Part shown: one piece after another, positions 27,306 to 30,784 of the stretch
Layout: each line of letters begins with the position of its first letter
Position numbering within the stretch: the first letter of the stretch is position 1
Origin: a virus
Taxonomy: Duplodnaviria; Heunggongvirae; Uroviricota; Caudoviricetes
Virus record (IMG/VR): IMGVR_UViG_2854558644_000001
Direction: 5' to 3' (one strand)
Length of the DNA: 30,784 nt
Notes under the pieces: generated by a model
Told to the model about the DNA's origin: nothing
Databases searched by the model: none
The model's input: the letters and a program-made list of their open reading frames with translations, nothing else
Position numbers and translations under genes: made by a program

Positions 27306-27491
27306 ATGGAAAATAAGGTTTTAAGCCAAAAAGATTTATATGACATTCTTCCTTTTGGAAAAACTAAGATAAAACAACTAATAAAATCAGGAGAACTTCC
27401 CCTAATGAAAATTGGTAATGATTATATAACAACATTTTCCATATTGGAAGAATGGATCAAAGAACATATCAATGAAGAAATATATTATTAA
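27306..27491 (+). CDS. Excisionase-like winged HTH protein
   Basis: LSQKDLYDILPFGKTKIKQLIKSGELPLMKIG; adjacent to the integrase. Confidence 0.8.
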   Translation: MENKVLSQKDLYDILPFGKTKIKQLIKSGELPLMKIGNDYITTFSILEEWIKEHINEEIYY

Positions 27492-27494
27492 TCA

Positions 27495-27545
27495 TTGAAA
27501 AAACAGGGCAGACATATTATGATTAAGTCATAATTGTACTGCCCT
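27495..27545 (+). promoter_or_regulatory. Integrase promoter overlapped by an imperfect palindrome
   Basis: TTGAAA(27495)-17-TATGAT(27518); agggcag-aca-t-attatga / tcataat-tgt-a-ctgccct (27505-27545). Confidence 0.6.
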
Positions 27546-27567
27546 TATATTGATGTAAAAGAAAGGT

Positions 27568-28764
27568 GTGATAATTATAAATAGTATCAATATATCGGCA
27601 ACTATTAATAATATGAATATAATGCAACGAAAAGATGATAGGTTTGAGGCTAAAATTACAATCAATGGTATTAGAAAAAGCTTTTATGGTAATACAAAAG
27701 TAGAAGTAAAAAATAAGGTTAAATCCTATCTTCAAAAAATTAATAATGGGTTTAAAGAAACAAAAAAAATCAAGCTGAATGATTATGTAGAATATTGGCT
27801 AAGTAATTATAAATTTGGAACAATTGAAGGCTCTAGTTACACTAGGTTATACAGTGTTTATCAACATCAAATTAAACCTTATATCGGCAATAAATATATC
27901 TGTGATATTACATCTCAAGATATAGATGTCTTTATTAAGGAATTTGCCAATCCTCCATTAAAATCAGGGAAAAAACCATTAGCTTTATCTGGATTAAAAA
28001 AAATCATACAATTATTAAACCCATGTTTTGAAACAGCAATTAAAGAAAAAATTATATTTAATAATCCATGTAGTGATATTAAGCTACCAACAGAAAGTTA
28101 TCTTATTGTTAAAACTAAAGAACAATTTTCATTAACAGATAAGCAGTTAGAGCAATTTAAAAAAGAAGCTGTATCTAAATACAAAACGATAGATGAATAT
28201 AAAGGAAGAGACTTCTTAGTTTTAATTATTATGTTGAATCTAGGGTTGCGAACAGGCGAGGTACTTGCATTAACATGGGATGATTTTAATTTTAAGAATA
28301 ATATAGTTAAAATTAATAAAACAATACAGACAAAAGTTGCATTAGATTCACAATGTAAAAAACAGAGTTTAGCTTTAAAAAATTCCACAAAAACTGTCGC
28401 AGGTGAAAGATATCTAAAACTTAACGAAAATACTTTACATTATATTCAAGAACTAAAACAATACGACATAAGAAACAACATAAATAGTGATTATTTTTGT
28501 TGTTGTAAAAATAATACAAGACAATGTGCAAGAAATCTTCAACGTAGTCTTGATAGATTAACACGAAATATTAAATCGGACGAACATATAACATTACACA
28601 CTTTAAGACACACATTTGGTTCAACATTATTAAGAAATGGTGTAGGAATTGAAGTTGTAAGTAAGCTATTAGGACATGCTAATATAACCATCACATATAA
28701 TAAGTATATTCATGTAATTAAAGAGCAAGAAGCAATAGCAATGAATATGGTAAAAGTTTGCTAA
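27568..28764 (+). CDS. int: Tyrosine integrase, catalytic residues intact
   Basis: QRKDDRFEAKI arm-binding N-terminus, GLRTGE, HTLRHTF, LLGH, TYNKY; start codon ambiguous. Confidence 0.95.
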   Translation: MIIINSINISATINNMNIMQRKDDRFEAKITINGIRKSFYGNTKVEVKNKVKSYLQKINNGFKETKKIKLNDYVEYWLSNYKFGTIEGSSYTRLYSVYQHQIKPYIGNKYICDITSQDIDVFIKEFANPPLKSGKKPLALSGLKKIIQLLNPCFETAIKEKIIFNNPCSDIKLPTESYLIVKTKEQFSLTDKQLEQFKKEAVSKYKTIDEYKGRDFLVLIIMLNLGLRTGEVLALTWDDFNFKNNIVKINKTIQTKVALDSQCKKQSLALKNSTKTVAGERYLKLNENTLHYIQELKQYDIRNNINSDYFCCCKNNTRQCARNLQRSLDRLTRNIKSDEHITLHTLRHTFGSTLLRNGVGIEVVSKLLGHANITITYNKYIHVIKEQEAIAMNMVKVC

Positions 28765-28766
28765 AT

Positions 28767-28788
28767 AGTGTCGTCAAAGTGTCGTCAA
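28767..28788 (+). repeat. Tandem 11-bp direct repeat, probable integrase arm-type sites
   Basis: agtgtcgtcaa twice, between the int stop and the att core. Confidence 0.7.
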
Positions 28789-28845
28789 AACAAAATAACA
28801 CATTGGGAAGCCAGTAAAATCAAGGGGTATAAGAGTTTGACGAAA

Positions 28846-28867
28846 GGTTCGACTCCCCTCTGGTCCA
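28846..28867 (+). other. att core: displaced tmRNA (ssrA) 3' end
   Basis: ggttcgactcccctctggtcca = T-loop, T-stem, acceptor 3' strand with U70 and discriminator A. Confidence 0.85.
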
Positions 28868-28928
28868 TAGGGAAAAGGGAGTGAGGAAGCGTGAGCTTCT
28901 TCGCTCCCTTTTTCCTATGGACCAGAGG
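28857..28928 (+). repeat. 34-bp hairpin with GTGA tetraloop containing an inverted att-core copy
   Basis: Arms 28857-28890 and 28895-28928; the three mismatches are all G-U pairs on the + strand. Confidence 0.85.
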
Positions 28929-28944
28929 AAGTCTTATTAATGGA

Positions 28945-29051
28945 TAAAACATGGCGTAGCCGGGTTTTTGGACAGGGGCGCACGAGGTCCGGTGGACCTC
29001 GGCTTTGCGCCGACCGGAGCGGAGCGAAGAATTCGACTCCCCTCTGGTCCA
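28945..29051 (+). pseudogene. Second, longer tmRNA 3' fragment interrupted at the T-arm
   Basis: ggcgtag...ttttggacagggg, a 53-nt insert, then ttcgactcccctctggtcca (identical to 28848-28867). Confidence 0.75.
28979..29031. repeat. GC-rich REP-like palindromic insert
   Basis: cgaggtcc-ggt-ggacctcg hairpin closed by gcgca/tgcgc, followed by gaccggagcggagcg. Confidence 0.65.
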
Positions 29052-29060
29052 TTTTTGATG

Positions 29061-29091
29061 CAAAATCCGAACTCTTTGAGTTCGGATTTTG
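29061..29091. terminator. Perfect 14-bp hairpin after the tmRNA fragment
   Basis: caaaatccgaactc-ttt-gagttcggattttg. Confidence 0.7.
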
Positions 29092-29138
29092 TGCGTTAAG
29101 CATCTTATTAATTAATAATTCAGATGTTCTTTTATTAA

Positions 29139-29357
29139 TATCCATATCCGTACAGATTTTTTGAAGTGGATGACCTTATATGTAACACGCTTGGTGGAAT
29201 GTTAGGATTTGTTATGACACCTGTATTCGTATTCATGCTTCCTAAGCATGAGAGAATGGATGAGATTGCATATAAAAGAGGGCAGGTCGTTTCGGAATTC
29301 AGAAGAGCGGTTGCGTGGATTATTGACATTGTGGTTATAATATTTGATGGAGAGTGA
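29139..29357 (+). pseudogene. Internal fragment of a VanZ/RDD-family membrane protein gene
   Basis: YPYPYRFFEVDDLICNTLGGMLG (VanZ C-terminus) and RRAVAWIID (RDD start); no start, stops on both sides. Confidence 0.7.
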
Positions 29358-29519
29358 TGTAATTGCTTTTATAATGTCTGGAAAAATGCCATTCATGCCT
29401 TCCCAGAATTCATTTTCAATATTTGTCATAGTAATCCCCTTTGATTAGCTAATTAAAAGTTACGAACAAAAACTACATTAATTATAACTCAGTATACGGG
29501 CAAAAGTATACAAAAATAA

Positions 29520-29548
29520 TTGTATTAAAAACATGAATATTATACAAT
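29520..29548 (+). promoter_or_regulatory. SigA-type promoter of the HD-GYP gene
   Basis: TTGTAT-17-TACAAT. Confidence 0.55.
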
Positions 29549-29590
29549 CATTATAGCAATAGTAAAGATAAATTTACAGGGGAACGTGGA

Positions 29591-30784
29591 ATGAGATTAT
29601 TATCGGATATAGTGGAGTCAATCAGGCAGGTATGCAGATATGAGAAAACTGTCAGAGTAGATACCAAGGCACTTCAAAGTGTCATGATGATATTTGTATT
29701 AGTTATGTTGCTGATTGACATAGAGAATTTTAAGCTTGGTAAATATATTATCGGTGGTGTGACACTGGCAGTTGCAGTTATGAGTATAGTGCTTGTAATT
29801 GTATTAAAATACATTAAAAATGTATACAGGATATGTCAGGCTGCTGTTGTAGTATTTTTTATATTGGCAGTTATTATATCAATTGAAGGAACTAATGATG
29901 GCTTTTCACTATTATGGTTTTTATTACTGCCAGTCATAACACTTGTGCTTTTAGGCATGCCATTTGGTGCACCGGTGTGTATATTTTTTGGTTTGTATAT
30001 TACGGTGTTATTCTGGACTCCTCTTAATAATATGCTTATATATAATTACACAAGGGATTATTTATTCTATTATCCGATTTTTTACTGGGGTTTCTGTCTT
30101 CTTGTAGTTGCCATGGATATTTTCTATAAGCTGTATCAGATAAGACAGGCGGACAATGAGAAAAATCTTGAAGCAGAAGTACTTGAAGCTGTAGAGGGGA
30201 CTAAGAAACTTATGATTGATGCTGTTACAGCAATAAGCCAGATGCTTGATGAAAAGGATGTATATACACAGGAACATTCAAAGAGGGCTGCAGAGTATTC
30301 CAAGCTTATCGCAAAGAACCTGAAGGCGCATGAATTCACAGACGAAGAGATTTCACTGATATATAGAAGTGCCTTTCTGCATGATATTGGCAAGATTGCA
30401 GTTCCAGATGCGGTACTTAACAAACCTGCAAAGCTTACAGATGAGGAGTATGGAATAATGAAGAATCATACAGTCTGGGGCGGTCAGATATTATCTGGTC
30501 TGGAATTTCTTCCACAGGCAGATATGGGGGCTGTGTACCATCATGAAAGATATGATGGTAAGGGCTATCCATATGGAATTAAGGGAGAAGAACTTCCATG
30601 GATGGTAAGAATAATCAGTGCAGCAGATTCACTTGATGCGATGAATTCTAACAGATGTTACAGAAAGCATTGTGATAAGGATTATATTATTGGTGAATTT
30701 GAGAAGGGCGCTGGAACACAGTTTGATAAATCTGTTGCAGAAACTGTAATTACATTGATTGAGGAAGGCAGGATAGTAATATAG
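29591..30784 (+). CDS. Host membrane-anchored HD-GYP domain protein (cyclic dinucleotide phosphodiesterase)
   Basis: Multiple N-terminal TM helices; YTQEHS, LHDIGK, HHERYDGKGYP, ADSLDAM. Confidence 0.92.
   Translation: MRLLSDIVESIRQVCRYEKTVRVDTKALQSVMMIFVLVMLLIDIENFKLGKYIIGGVTLAVAVMSIVLVIVLKYIKNVYRICQAAVVVFFILAVIISIEGTNDGFSLLWFLLLPVITLVLLGMPFGAPVCIFFGLYITVLFWTPLNNMLIYNYTRDYLFYYPIFYWGFCLLVVAMDIFYKLYQIRQADNEKNLEAEVLEAVEGTKKLMIDAVTAISQMLDEKDVYTQEHSKRAAEYSKLIAKNLKAHEFTDEEISLIYRSAFLHDIGKIAVPDAVLNKPAKLTDEEYGIMKNHTVWGGQILSGLEFLPQADMGAVYHHERYDGKGYPYGIKGEELPWMVRIISAADSLDAMNSNRCYRKHCDKDYIIGEFEKGAGTQFDKSVAETVITLIEEGRIVI

Larger units (their letters stand above)
1..28867 (+). mobile_element. Right arm of a large SPbeta-like temperate prophage integrated at the tmRNA 3' end (left end outside window)
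   Basis: Co-oriented, tightly packed phage-type replication and nucleotide genes in an order resembling SPbeta yorF-yorL; xis+int at the end, arm-type repeats, then a tmRNA-derived att core; host-type genes after 29100. Confidence 0.93.

Noticed and set aside
489-28388. Many 60-140 aa antisense or alternate-frame ORFs (e.g. 3052..3468, 4865..5218, 16429..16791, 22235..22612, 24771..25100)
   Set aside because: They are shadows of well-supported genes, with no SD or recognisable motifs.
28846-29051. Complete tRNA or tmRNA gene, including a mini-tRNA formed by ggaccag/ctggtcc
   Set aside because: Only 3' fragments are present; no D or anticodon arm or tag ORF; the apparent 5' strand is the inverted repeat.
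28785-29164. Three overlapping ORFs across the att region
   Set aside because: By-products of GC-rich repeats; the duplicated MDQRG peptide is just the att repeat read backwards.
1-30784. CRISPR array or DGR template/variable repeats
   Set aside because: No regularly spaced repeats, no reverse transcriptase and no long near-duplicate segments seen by eye.

Overview
Bases 1 to about 28867 are the right arm of a large, AT-rich temperate prophage with an SPbeta-like layout, probably in a Lachnospiraceae/Clostridia host (inferred). In order it carries: small accessory ORFs with a Thg1-like gene; a replisome module (SSB-like protein, AAA ATPase, Zn-finger protein, DnaB-like helicase, primase, RecJ, DnaE, ERCC4 nuclease); a variable region with one inverted membrane-protein moron; a nucleotide-supply module (AAA_28 kinase-like, ThyX, NAD ligase, HPr-like, Gmk, 5'-nucleotidase, NrdDG, dUTPase); and excisionase plus an intact tyrosine integrase. 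The prophage ends at an att core equal to the 3' end of tmRNA. Host DNA follows: a second tmRNA 3' fragment interrupted by a REP-like insert, a VanZ/RDD gene remnant and an HD-GYP gene. Main unexplained signals: (1) a recurrent palindromic site, WWDAAA-N6-TTTYWT(N)GG, at gene junctions that divides the variable region into cassette-like units; (2) up to eight genes, including helicase, polymerase and integrase, whose Shine-Dalgarno points to ATA/ATT rather than ATG; (3) an AGAGAATA box 7-8 nt before several SDs; (4) tandem NrdR-like boxes. All motif counts are manual and need computational confirmation.
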